The notes under the pieces: model-generated
What the model was told of the DNA's origin: nothing
Seen by the model: the letters and a program-made list of their open reading frames with translations, nothing else
Databases searched by the model: none
Made by a program: the position numbers and the translations under genes
In this document: piece after piece, positions 29,857 to 38,723 of the stretch
Numbering within the stretch: position 1 is the first letter of the stretch
How the letters are laid out: every line of letters begins with the position of its first letter
NCBI GenBank assembly: GCA_963665775.2
Contig: CAXXTF010000002.1
Coordinates: 864,001 to 928,000 of the forward strand
Direction: 5' to 3'
DNA: 64,000 nt
Source: Dehalococcoidia bacterium
GTDB taxonomy: Bacteria; Chloroflexota; Dehalococcoidia; SM23-28-2; RBG-16-64-32

Positions 29857-30789
29857 CTAGCCATCAGGCCGGTCGTTTCCGCTCCCCGGCGCCAGATACG
29901 TGGCCAGCGCCTCCGACAAGGGGGTGACCGTGATCCCCAGCTTGCTCTGGACCGCCGCCGGGTCTGCCAGCGCGTCCTGCGTGATGAACTCGATGGCGTT
30001 CGGCGTGAGGGGAGGCCCCGGCATAAACTGGAGAAAGGTCGCCGCCAGCTTCATCACGCCCTTGGGAGCCGATAGCAAGAGCCGGCGCCGACCCGCCACC
30101 CGCAGCGCCGTGCGCACGATCTCGTTCATGCTCAGCACTTCCGGCCCGCCGATCTCCAGCAGCTGGTTCTCCACAGCCGGGTTGTCCACGGCCTCGGCGA
30201 CCGCGCGCCCCACATCGTCGACGAACACCGGCTGAAGCCTCTGCCGGTTGCCATCGCCGATCATCGGCACGAAGGGAAGGAAGCGAGACATCCCCAGGAA
30301 GCGGTTCAGCGCCACGTCCTCCGGCCCGAAGATCCAGGACGGCCGGAAGATGACGTAAGGGATGCCGCTCTCCCGTACGGCCGTCTCGGCCCGCCACTTG
30401 GCGCGAAACCAGTGGTACCCCGCGTCAGGCGCGGCACCGGCGCCGCTCAAGTAGATATAGCGCGTGACCCCTGCCTCCTTCGCGGCCAGGACCAGCCGCT
30501 CCGTGCCTGCCGCGTCGATCTCCTCGAAGGTGTGCCCGCGCCGCTTATTCTCCATCGGCGAGCCGGGGAACTGAGCACAGCCGATGATCACCTCCGCATC
30601 TCGCATCGCCGATTTCAGGCCCTCGGCGTCCCGTACATCCCCTTGCCTGAACTCGATATCCAGCCCGGAGAAGCGGCCCCGGGCCCGCCCGGCGTCGCGG
30701 GTGAGCACGGCCACTGCCTTGCCGCGACGGGCCAGCTCCCGCACGATGCCGCCGCCTACGAAACCCGTACCGCCAGCAACCAGGATCAT
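29857..30789 (-). CDS. NAD(P)-binding atypical SDR (NDUFA9-like)
   Basis: ILVAGGTGFVG, FRPSWIFGPED, QPVFVDDV, EIGGPE. Confidence 0.9.
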   Translation of the reverse strand: MILVAGGTGFVGGGIVRELARRGKAVAVLTRDAGRARGRFSGLDIEFRQGDVRDAEGLKSAMRDAEVIIGCAQFPGSPMENKRRGHTFEEIDAAGTERLVLAAKEAGVTRYIYLSGAGAAPDAGYHWFRAKWRAETAVRESGIPYVIFRPSWIFGPEDVALNRFLGMSRFLPFVPMIGDGNRQRLQPVFVDDVGRAVAEAVDNPAVENQLLEIGGPEVLSMNEIVRTALRVAGRRRLLLSAPKGVMKLAATFLQFMPGPPLTPNAIEFITQDALADPAAVQSKLGITVTPLSEALATYLAPGSGNDRPDG

Positions 30790-30838
30790 GAGCACACCTT
30801 CCTATTGTTAACGACAGAACTCCGCATCTCCCGGACAA

Positions 30839-30938
30839 GAGACCCTGCGCCGTGCTCAGGCTGACAGTGCGGCCCGCGATCCTTCCGGCGGTCATCTCGA
30901 GCCCTTCGCCGTGTCATTCTAAGCGAAGCCAAGAATCT
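30839..30938. repeat. REP-like palindromic repeat pair (TGTCA...GCGAAG..TCT family)
   Basis: GAGACCCTGCGCCGTGCTCAGGCTGACA and inverted TGTCATTCTAAGCGAAGCCAAGAATCT; related copies at 35937-36103. Confidence 0.65.
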
Positions 30939-31129
30939 TAGTGCACACATGCATTACCGCCACCAAGCATCGGCGCACATGCGTCCCTTCGCTATCGCCT
31001 TCCATGATACGCCAGCTCCCCTGGAGACGCAGCCGCCAGAGCAACCGGCGCTGTCCCGCACCGCCACTCGTCGTAGTTGATACTACCTTCATTGAGGGGC
31101 ATTGTCCACCGCGATAGAATGATAGTGCG

Positions 31130-32986
31130 ATGGTTGCCTCATCCGCCAGACGATTCCAGAACCAGACCCGTGCCCTGCCCACCCGCCCAGGCGTCTACAT
31201 CTTCCGCGACGCCGGGGGCGAGGTTATCTACGTAGGGAAGGCCGCCTCCCTCAAGAACCGCGTGCGCTCCTACTTCGGCTCGCCTCACAGCTTCGAGCCC
31301 AAGACCCGTCGTCTCGTGGAGCAGATCGCGGACCTCGATTACATCGTCACGGGCACGGCGCAGGAGGCCCTCATCCTGGAGGCGACCCTCGTCAAGCGGC
31401 ACCAGCCCTACTTCAACGTTCGGCTCAAAGACGACAAGCATTACCCCTACCTTAAGATCGACCTCGCCGAGGCCTGGCCACGGCTGGAGATAACCCGTCG
31501 CGTCCTCGACGACGGCGCCCGCTACTTCGGCCCCTTCGCCTCGGCGGGCTCCGTGCGACGGACGCTGGACCTGGTCAAGAAGCTCTTCCCCTGGCGCTCC
31601 TGCACCAAGACGATCACCGGCACCGATCCCCGACCCTGCCTGGACTTCTACATCCAACGCTGCATCGGCCCCTGCGCCTCCCTCTGCTCCAGGGAGGAGT
31701 ACGACGCCGTCATCCAGCAGGTGACGATGTTTCTGGAGGGCCGCACGGAGGATGTCGTGCGGGAGCTGCGCAGGGAGATGCAGGAGGCGTCCGACGGCCT
31801 CCAGTTCGAGCGGGCGGCCCGCCTGCGCGACCAGGTCCAGGCGATCGAGCGAACCACCGAGCGGCAGGTGATGGAGGTGCGGGACCGAGTGGACATGGAC
31901 GTGTTCGGCCTAGCGCGGGAGCAGCAGGAGGCCTGCGTGCAGGTCTTCTTCGTGCGGCGCGGCAACGTCATCGGCCGCGACAACTTCGCTCTGGACGGCG
32001 CCAGCGAGGAGCCGGACGAGCGGGTCCTGACCAGCTTCATCGAGCAGTTCTACCAGTCGGCGGCCTACGTCCCACCCCGAGTCCTCCTCCCCTTCGCCGT
32101 CACCGAGCAGCCCCTCATCGAGCAGTGGCTGTCGGAGCGGCGGGGGAAGCGGGCGACGCTCCTGGTGCCGCAGCGAGGCGAAAAGCGGGCGCTGGTGCGG
32201 ATGGCGGCGGATAACGCCCGCGAGGCGCTCCACTTAGCGCGCGCCAAGTGGCTGGCGGATACGGGCAAGAAGCGGCAGGCCCTGGAGGAGATCCAGGAGG
32301 AGCTGAACTTGCCGGGCCTGCCCCAGCGCATCGAGTGTTACGACATATCGAATATCATGGGCACCTCGGCGGTCGGCTCCATGGTCGTCTTCCTGGACGG
32401 GCAGCCGCGGCCGCCGGAGTACCGGCGCTTTCGCATCAAGACCGTAACTGGGGCCAACGACTTCGCCATGATGCAGGAGGTTATCGAGCGTCGCTTCGCC
32501 CGGGCCGAGAAGGGTGCGAAGGCGGGCGAGAAGCCGGTGGAGTACGACGAGTCGTTCGGAGCGATGCCGGACCTGGTGATCGTCGATGGCGGTAAAGGGC
32601 AGGTCTCCACCGCCCACGACGCCATGCGCAACCTCGCGGTGGGCCACATACCGCTGGTCGGGCTGGCCAAGCGGCTGGAGGAGCTGTTCGTGAAGGACGT
32701 ATCGGAGCCCATCGTCCTGCCCCGAACGTCGCAGGCGCTCTACCTGGTGCAGCGCATCCGGGACGAGGCGCACCGTTTCGCCATAACGTACCACCGCGGC
32801 CTGCGAAAGAAGGCAGGCATGCGATCCGCCCTGGACGGCGTGCCCGGCGTCGGCCCCAAGCGGAAGAGGGCGCTGCTGCGGAAGTTCGGCTCCCTGAAGG
32901 CGGTCCGGGCAGCAACGGTGGAGGATATCGCGGCCACGCCAGGCTTCACGCGCTCCCTGGCGGAGAAAGTGCTGGCGGGGCTGTGA
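31130..32986 (+). CDS. uvrC: Excinuclease ABC subunit C
   Basis: PGVY..YVGKA GIY-YIG, RIECYDIS, VDGGKGQ, RDEAHRFA, HhH GVGPKRKR. Confidence 0.97.
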   Translation: MVASSARRFQNQTRALPTRPGVYIFRDAGGEVIYVGKAASLKNRVRSYFGSPHSFEPKTRRLVEQIADLDYIVTGTAQEALILEATLVKRHQPYFNVRLKDDKHYPYLKIDLAEAWPRLEITRRVLDDGARYFGPFASAGSVRRTLDLVKKLFPWRSCTKTITGTDPRPCLDFYIQRCIGPCASLCSREEYDAVIQQVTMFLEGRTEDVVRELRREMQEASDGLQFERAARLRDQVQAIERTTERQVMEVRDRVDMDVFGLAREQQEACVQVFFVRRGNVIGRDNFALDGASEEPDERVLTSFIEQFYQSAAYVPPRVLLPFAVTEQPLIEQWLSERRGKRATLLVPQRGEKRALVRMAADNAREALHLARAKWLADTGKKRQALEEIQEELNLPGLPQRIECYDISNIMGTSAVGSMVVFLDGQPRPPEYRRFRIKTVTGANDFAMMQEVIERRFARAEKGAKAGEKPVEYDESFGAMPDLVIVDGGKGQVSTAHDAMRNLAVGHIPLVGLAKRLEELFVKDVSEPIVLPRTSQALYLVQRIRDEAHRFAITYHRGLRKKAGMRSALDGVPGVGPKRKRALLRKFGSLKAVRAATVEDIAATPGFTRSLAEKVLAGL

Positions 32987-33216
32987 TGCCCCTGTACTCA
33001 GCAGATGAACTCCAATCGCTGCTGCCCGGCTGTGAGGTGCTCGAAATCGCTGGCTCGAATGTCACAGCGTCGCAGTGGTCACCGTCATTGGACGAGCTGT
33101 CCAAAGACGCCGAGGCGTGGGCTACTACCATCGAGGTCAAGCGGGCTCTTAACAACGTACCAGGACTTCTGGACAGCGGGAGCCACATCATTATGGCCGC
33201 ACGGCGGAAGATATGA
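32983..33216 (+). pseudogene. C-terminal fragment resembling a methyltransferase tail
   Basis: LYSADELQSLL...PGLLDSGSHIIMAARR with no SAM-binding N-terminus; abuts uvrC stop. Confidence 0.45.
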
Positions 33217-33244
33217 CTGGTGTCCAATTGGAGGAACCTGCTCG

Positions 33245-33808
33245 ATGACGCTAAGAGTTGAACTGCAGACGGATAGGCTTCTACTTCGGCCGTTCGAGCT
33301 GAGCGATGTGGAGGATGTCCTGGCATACGCCTCGGACGAAGACTGGTCTCGCTACCTGCAACGGGTACCTTACCCATACGCGCGCCAAGACGCGGAGGAG
33401 TTCATTGCTCGTTCCATTCTGAGAGACTGGAAGACACATGCGGAGTTCGCCATCGTTCTGGACGGGAAGGTCCTGGGTTTCGTCAGCCTCCGGATAGAGG
33501 CAGGCAGGGAGATTGCTGAACTTGCGTTTGGGGTTACCCGCGAGCACTGGGGACGGGGCCTGATGCCGGAAGCGGCAAGGGCAATCATTGACTGGGCATT
33601 CCAGACCTACAGCCTATCGAAGATCTTTGCGCTTACCGACACCCGTAACCGACAATCATGGCGAGTGATGGAAAAGCTAGGCATGAAGCGCGAAGGTGTC
33701 CTGCGGAGCAATCGGATGCTTCGAGGGGAGAGGTGCGACGATGCTGTGTACGGACTACTCCGTGACGAATGGGAATCCCGTAAGGCGGGCCATTACGGTC
33801 CGTCCTGA
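33245..33808 (+). CDS. RimJ/RimL-type GNAT acetyltransferase
   Basis: TDRLLLRPF, HWGRGLMPEA, N..SWRVMEKLGMKREG. Confidence 0.92.
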   Translation: MTLRVELQTDRLLLRPFELSDVEDVLAYASDEDWSRYLQRVPYPYARQDAEEFIARSILRDWKTHAEFAIVLDGKVLGFVSLRIEAGREIAELAFGVTREHWGRGLMPEAARAIIDWAFQTYSLSKIFALTDTRNRQSWRVMEKLGMKREGVLRSNRMLRGERCDDAVYGLLRDEWESRKAGHYGPS

Positions 33809-33826
33809 GACAATCGACTACTAGCC

Positions 33827-34493
33827 ATGATAGAGGCCGTCTTCTTCGATCTGGACGACACGCTATGCGATACTGTCAGCTCACGACCGCAGCGGGCCCG
33901 CAAGGCTCTCGATGCCTTCTCCAGCTATCACCCCGATCACGACTTGGAGGATCTCTTGCGCAAGGCCCTAGAACCGCACGCAACCCTTGAGCGCGAGACC
34001 AGGGGGCTGCGCAGCGTCTTCGCTGAACTCGGCCTGGAAGAGAGCCTGGGCGCCCGCGCCGCGTACGCTTGTTACGCTCAGTATTTCGACCCCCTTCACC
34101 TGATTGAAGGTGTCACCGCGACGCTGGAGCACCTCATGCAGGGCTACAGGCTCGGCATCATCACCAATGGCCACGAGGCTGTGCAGCAGGGCAAGCTCGA
34201 GTACTTCGACCTGGGACGCTATATCCGCTGGGTGGTTATCAGCGAGTCGGTAGGACTTCCCAAGCCGGACCCCCGCATCTTCAGCCACGCCCTCTCGCTG
34301 GCGGGTGTGGAGCACAACGAGGCCGTCTTCGTCGGCGACCGGCTGGATATAGACGTCGGTGGCGCGAAAGCGGCCGGGATGCGAACGGTCTGGTTCAACC
34401 ACTGGGGCGGCAACCTGGACGGCGACTCGCCCTCAGCCGGACGCCGTCATCAAGCGGTTCGCCGAGCTGCCAGACGCTCTGGCGAGGTTCTAG
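33827..34493 (+). CDS. HAD-family hydrolase with +1 frameshift near the C-terminus
   Basis: FDLDDTL, ITNG, KPDPRIF, VGDRLDIDV; removing one C at 34430-34432 gives PQPDAVIKRFAELPDALARF* ending 34493. Confidence 0.85.
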
Positions 34494-34497
34494 CCCC

Positions 34498-34962
34498 CTA
34501 CTGCACGATCAGGGTGCCCACCATCAGGGTGGGGTGGACATCGCAGCGGAAGAAGTACTCGCCGGGATCCAATGGTCCAAAGGTCACCTCACCAGTGCAG
34601 GGGGCGGCGCAGATGTTCTCGTTATCGCCGGCGATAGCCTCAGATGCGCTGTCATCGGTGTAGACAGCCCAGTTGTGAAGCTGGCCGGTATCCTGATTGT
34701 CGAACGAGACCGTGACTTCGGTCCCAGCTGGAACAGCGATCTCGTCCACATTGAAAGAGATAACGGGTATCATCAGCACCTCGAAGACGTCCCCGGCCGG
34801 TGGCGTCGGGCTCGCGCCGGGCGTGGGGGAAGCCACTACCAGATCGCCACCGTCCCTGTCTTCGAGATCGATGAAGGCGGCCGCGAAGGTCACGACAAGG
34901 GCGACGAAGACAAACCCGATGACCATACCGCCGATCGGCAACTTAGTGAGGTCCAAATTCAT
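34498..34962 (-). CDS. Membrane-anchored cupredoxin (blue copper protein)
   Basis: N-terminal TM helix, PT linker, HNW...CDVHPTLM. Confidence 0.88.
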   Translation of the reverse strand: MNLDLTKLPIGGMVIGFVFVALVVTFAAAFIDLEDRDGGDLVVASPTPGASPTPPAGDVFEVLMIPVISFNVDEIAVPAGTEVTVSFDNQDTGQLHNWAVYTDDSASEAIAGDNENICAAPCTGEVTFGPLDPGEYFFRCDVHPTLMVGTLIVQ

Positions 34963-35049
34963 ATGTTCACTCCCCCCGCTCGCCTATACACTAGCGGAGG
35001 CGGCGCTTAAGCACCAGCCAGGCGATGACCGGAGACGCCGGGTGCAGAC

Positions 35050-35775
35050 CTATCCCGATGAGTCCAGCCATTCCTTCTCCTCGTCGCTGAGCTGGACTCC
35101 GGCCAGCAGGTCGGGCCGGCGCTGGGCGGTCAGCAAGAGGTTGCGCCGGCGCTGCCAGCGGGCCACCTCCTGATGGTTGCCGGAAAGCAGAACCTCCGGC
35201 ACCGGCCAGTCGCGAAACCGCGGCGGCCGCGTGTACGGGGGCACCTCCAGCAGCCCCTGAGCGAAGGACTCCTCCTGCGCCGACTGCGGGCAGCCCAGCG
35301 CCCCAGGCAACTGGCGCACCACCGCGTCCACCACGACCATGGCCGCCAGCTCACCCCCCGAAAGGACGTAGTCGCCGATGCTAATCTCGTCCGTGGCCAA
35401 CTGCTCGTGCACCCGCGCGTCGAAGCCCTCATAGTGCCCGCAAAGCAGAATCAGCCGCTGCTCCCGGGCCAGCTTCACGGCCACCTGGTGATCGAAGCGC
35501 CGCCCGGCGGGCGTTAGCAGGACGATGGGCCCCAGCTCCGGGACCATCTCGAGCACGGCCTCCGTCGCGGCGAAGGCCGACTCCGGCTTCAGGACCATGC
35601 CCGGCCCGCCGCCGTAAGGATAATCGTCGACCACCTTATGGCGGCCCCTCGCCCACTGACGGATGTCGTGCAGCTGAATGGAGACGATATCTGCCTCGAC
35701 GGCCCGTTTGATGATTGACTCGCCAAAGGGGCCGCCGAACATATTAGGGAAGAGAGTCAGTATATCTATCCGCAT
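35050..35775 (-). CDS. trmD: tRNA (guanine37-N1)-methyltransferase
   Basis: RIDILTLFP, DDYPYGGGPGMV, CGHYEGFD, SIGDYVLSGGE, YTRP. Confidence 0.97.
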   Translation of the reverse strand: MRIDILTLFPNMFGGPFGESIIKRAVEADIVSIQLHDIRQWARGRHKVVDDYPYGGGPGMVLKPESAFAATEAVLEMVPELGPIVLLTPAGRRFDHQVAVKLAREQRLILLCGHYEGFDARVHEQLATDEISIGDYVLSGGELAAMVVVDAVVRQLPGALGCPQSAQEESFAQGLLEVPPYTRPPRFRDWPVPEVLLSGNHQEVARWQRRRNLLLTAQRRPDLLAGVQLSDEEKEWLDSSG

Positions 35776-35936
35776 GGCCACCTCATCATTAGGTACGACA
35801 CTCGGCGATCGATTCCATCCTAGCCTGTCAGGCCGCGCCCGGAGTCGCCGTCTGCCGCCAGGGGACTGGGCGCTTCCCGCTCCCCATTTCCCCCCACAGC
35901 TCTAGTGCCTGATTGCGGTAATTCGCGTACCAGGTC

Positions 35937-36103
35937 AGATTCTTCGGGGAGTTTATCCCTTCACTATGTTCAGGACAGGCTCTGAGCGGGCCTCGATTCT
36001 TCGCTGTGCTCAGAATGACAGAACGTGAAGGGGTCAGAATAGCGCTGCGTTGTACTGTCACCTTGAGCGCCCGGACGGGCCTATCTGGGCAGCGAAGGGT
36101 CTC
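35937..36103. repeat. Nested cluster of REP-like palindromic repeats
   Basis: AGATTCTTCGG..., CCCTTCACTATGTTCAGGACAGGC, GATTCTTCGCTGTGCTCAGAATGACA, TGTCACCTTGAGCG...GCGAAGGGTCTC. Confidence 0.7.
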
Positions 36104-36138
36104 TTATGTAGTTCATGAAACCGCGGATTCTTGCAATA

Positions 36139-36209
36139 AAGCACTAGGCTGGCAAGCACTAGGCTGGCAAGCACTAGGCTCGCAAGCACTAGGCTGGCAA
36201 GCACTAGGC
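36139..36209. repeat. 15-bp tandem repeat, about 4.6 copies (GCACTAGGCTGGCAA)
   Basis: Directly visible; one mismatch in the third copy; the last copy contains the mog stop codon. Confidence 0.95.
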
Positions 36210-36695
36210 CGGGTGCTCCGAGGCCTCGCCCCGCAGTAGCTCCAGGGCATGGGGCAGGACGGGCAGGATCACAGCCAGGTTCTCGCGGACGCCGCGGGGA
36301 CTGCCGGGCAGGTTCACGATCAGCGTACGGCCCCTGACCCCAGCCAGGGCCCGACTCAGCATCGCCATGGAGGTATGCTTCAGCCCCTCCAGCCGCATCG
36401 CCTCCGCCAGGCCGGGCGCCTCGTAATCGAGGACCTCCCGAGTGGCCTGGGGGGTGACATCACGCGGACCAAACCCGGTCCCGCCCGTGGTCAGGACGAG
36501 ATCGAGGCCGGCTTCATCGGCCCAGGAGCGCAAGCGGTCGGAGATGACGGGGATCTCGTCCGGTATCACCTCGTAGCGTTCGACAGAGCCGCCTATCGTG
36601 GCGACCAGCTCGCGGATGGCGGCGCCGGAGGTGTCCTCGCGCTCGCCACGGGCGCCCATATCGGAGACAGTGAGTATTCCGGCTTGGAATGGCAT
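36204..36695 (-). CDS. mog: Molybdopterin adenylyltransferase (MogA/MoaB)
   Basis: LTVSD, DTSG, TTGGTGFGPRDVTP, NLPGSP. Confidence 0.9.
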   Translation of the reverse strand: MPFQAGILTVSDMGARGEREDTSGAAIRELVATIGGSVERYEVIPDEIPVISDRLRSWADEAGLDLVLTTGGTGFGPRDVTPQATREVLDYEAPGLAEAMRLEGLKHTSMAMLSRALAGVRGRTLIVNLPGSPRGVRENLAVILPVLPHALELLRGEASEHPA

Positions 36696-36746
36696 AGGTG
36701 GGGAGGTGAAATTCGTAAAGGTTCCAGAAATTTACTGCATAAGCGC

Positions 36747-36799
36747 TTGACAAGAGGGTGGGGAGTGGTACGATTACCCACAAAGTGGGGAGGAGTGGG
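36747..36799 (+). promoter_or_regulatory. dcw promoter with MraZ operator repeats
   Basis: TTGACA-16nt-TACGAT; GTGG(G) at 36758, 36765, 36785 and 36795, the last three in 10-bp phase as known for MraZ boxes. Confidence 0.8.
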
Positions 36800-36893
36800 G
36801 GCTTCTCCCATCTCTTTGTGGTACGTGCCCGTCCTCCAGGGCAGGCTGATACTACCATATTCGTCCCCCCGTTTGAAGAGGGTGCGGTCGGTC

Positions 36894-37313
36894 ATGGCCT
36901 TCAGGGGCACTTACGAACACACGGTGGATGATCGGGGCAGGATCGCCCTCCCCGCCCGCTACCGGCACGAGTTCGCGGAAGGCGTGGTCCTCACCGTGGG
37001 GCCGGAGGACTGCATCGAGGTTTACACCCCCACCGGCTTTGCTGAGATGTCAGACCTGGTGGCAGCGGAGCCCGCCACGACCCCTGACGGTCGACGGTCG
37101 CGGCGGCGCTTCGATTCCCAATCCTGGGACACCGAGCTGGACCGTCAGGGTCGCATCCTAATCCCCGCCAAGTTCCGCGAGGCGGCGGGATTGCAAGGAC
37201 CCGTAATCATCGCTGGGCGCCGCGAGTGTTTGGAGATCTGGGGCCCAGAGGGGTGGCGACGGGAGTTGCAGGCCGCAACGTCCTCCTCAGCGGGACAGGA
37301 GCTTCGGGGGTAG
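36894..37313 (+). CDS. mraZ: Division/cell wall cluster repressor MraZ
   Basis: FRGTYEHTVDDRGRIALP, LDRQGRILIP, LEIW. Confidence 0.95.
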   Translation: MAFRGTYEHTVDDRGRIALPARYRHEFAEGVVLTVGPEDCIEVYTPTGFAEMSDLVAAEPATTPDGRRSRRRFDSQSWDTELDRQGRILIPAKFREAAGLQGPVIIAGRRECLEIWGPEGWRRELQAATSSSAGQELRG

Positions 37314-37319
37314 GCCAAG

Positions 37320-38276
37320 GTGGTTGCAATCTTGTCCCTCAACAAGCCCCTCGACCACACCCCTGTCCTGACCGAGGAGGTCATCCGACTGCTGGCGGTC
37401 CAACCCGGTGGCCGTTACCTGGACTGCACCGTAGGCGGCGGCGGTCACGCCGCAGCCATCCTAGAAGCGGCCTCGCCCGGCGGCCTCCTCCTGGGCCTCG
37501 ACGCCGACCCTATTGCCCTGGAGATCGCCGCCCAGCGGCTGCTCCCCTTCGGCGACTCCGTGAAACTCGTCGAGGCCAACTTTCGCGACCTGGCCCAGAT
37601 CTGCCAGCAGCGAAACTTCCTCCCCACCCACGGCGTCCTGTTCGACCTGGGGGTCTCCTCCTTCCAGCTGGCGGACAGCGAACGGGGCTTCGGCATTCAG
37701 GTTGAGGCCCCCCTGGATATGCGATTCAACCCCGGTCAGACCCTCACCGCAACCGATATCGTCAACGATTATCCGGAGGGGAGCCTGGCCGACCTCATCT
37801 GGCGATTCGGGGAAGAGCCGGCCAGCCGCCGCATCGCCCGCGCTATCCTGCAGGCGCGGCCCCTGAGCACTACGACGGAGCTGGCAGCCGCCGTCGCCAG
37901 GGCCGCCCGGGGCCCGCGCCGACGCATCCATCCCGCCACCCGCACCTTCCAGGCCCTGCGCATAGCCGTCAACGATGAGCTGGCGGCCCTGACGGCTGCC
38001 CTCGACCAAGCAGGCCAGCTTCTGGGCCGGGACGGGCGGCTGGTGGTCATCGCCTTCCATTCGTTGGAAGACCGTATCGTGAAGCAGTTCCTGCAGCGAG
38101 AGTCCAGGGACTGCATCTGCCCACCGGAGGCCATGCGCTGTACCTGCGGCCACCGGGCCAGCATGAAGATCCTTACCAAGCGGACCGTGCGGCCGACTCC
38201 GTCGGAAGTGGCCGCCAACCCTCGCAGCCGCAGCGCCCGCCTACGTGCCGCCCAGAAGCTGCCGGAGGGAGAGTAG
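37320..38276 (+). CDS. rsmH: 16S rRNA m4C1402 methyltransferase
   Basis: HTPVL, DCTVGGGGH, DLGVSSFQ, FQALRIAVN, NPRSRSARLR. Confidence 0.97.
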   Translation: MVAILSLNKPLDHTPVLTEEVIRLLAVQPGGRYLDCTVGGGGHAAAILEAASPGGLLLGLDADPIALEIAAQRLLPFGDSVKLVEANFRDLAQICQQRNFLPTHGVLFDLGVSSFQLADSERGFGIQVEAPLDMRFNPGQTLTATDIVNDYPEGSLADLIWRFGEEPASRRIARAILQARPLSTTTELAAAVARAARGPRRRIHPATRTFQALRIAVNDELAALTAALDQAGQLLGRDGRLVVIAFHSLEDRIVKQFLQRESRDCICPPEAMRCTCGHRASMKILTKRTVRPTPSEVAANPRSRSARLRAAQKLPEGE

Positions 38277-38711
38277 ATGGCGACCGCCCCAAACAGTGAA
38301 GAAGCCCTCGCCCCGTCAGAGCTCCTGCGCTCGCCCAGTCTGCCCCTGCTCCTGACGGCCGCAGCATTAGCCATCGGCCTGGCTGCGCTCCTGCCGCTGG
38401 TCCAATCCAGCAGCGCCACCTTCATCAACGGCAACATCCAGCGACTCGAGCAGGAGAAGGGCGACTGGCAGGCGCGGCTGCGCGAGATCGAACTGGAGGT
38501 GGCAGGTCTGAGCAGCCTGAATCGCATTGAGCAAGAGGCGAGAGATCGGCTGGGGATGGTGCCGCCTGAGGAGATCCGCTACATCACGGTACCGGGACCG
38601 GCGCCCGAGGCCTGGAGGCCGCCCAGCCGCTTCCTGCCGGCACCGACCGAACAACAGGAGTCCGGCTCTTCATTATGGGATAAGGCCTTCGGGTGGGTAC
38701 CCCTACCCTAG
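38277..38711 (+). CDS. ftsL: FtsL-like cell division protein
   Basis: One TM, coiled coil, RIEQEARDRLGM; position between rsmH and ftsI. Confidence 0.75.
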   Translation: MATAPNSEEALAPSELLRSPSLPLLLTAAALAIGLAALLPLVQSSSATFINGNIQRLEQEKGDWQARLREIELEVAGLSSLNRIEQEARDRLGMVPPEEIRYITVPGPAPEAWRPPSRFLPAPTEQQESGSSLWDKAFGWVPLP

Positions 38712-38723
38712 GGGAGGATAAGC

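Noticed and set aside
30919-31182. 87-aa minus-strand ORF upstream of uvrC
   Set aside because: Ends inside a REP-like repeat and has no recognisable motif
34494-34663. HAD C-terminal extension overlapping the cupredoxin gene
   Set aside because: Explained by the +1 frameshift at 34430-34432
36139-36209. Possible CRISPR array
   Set aside because: 15-bp units are contiguous with no spacers and there are no cas genes
36249-36893. Long N-terminal extension of MraZ in the ORF track
   Set aside because: Antisense to mog and runs through the dcw promoter; the real start is 36894
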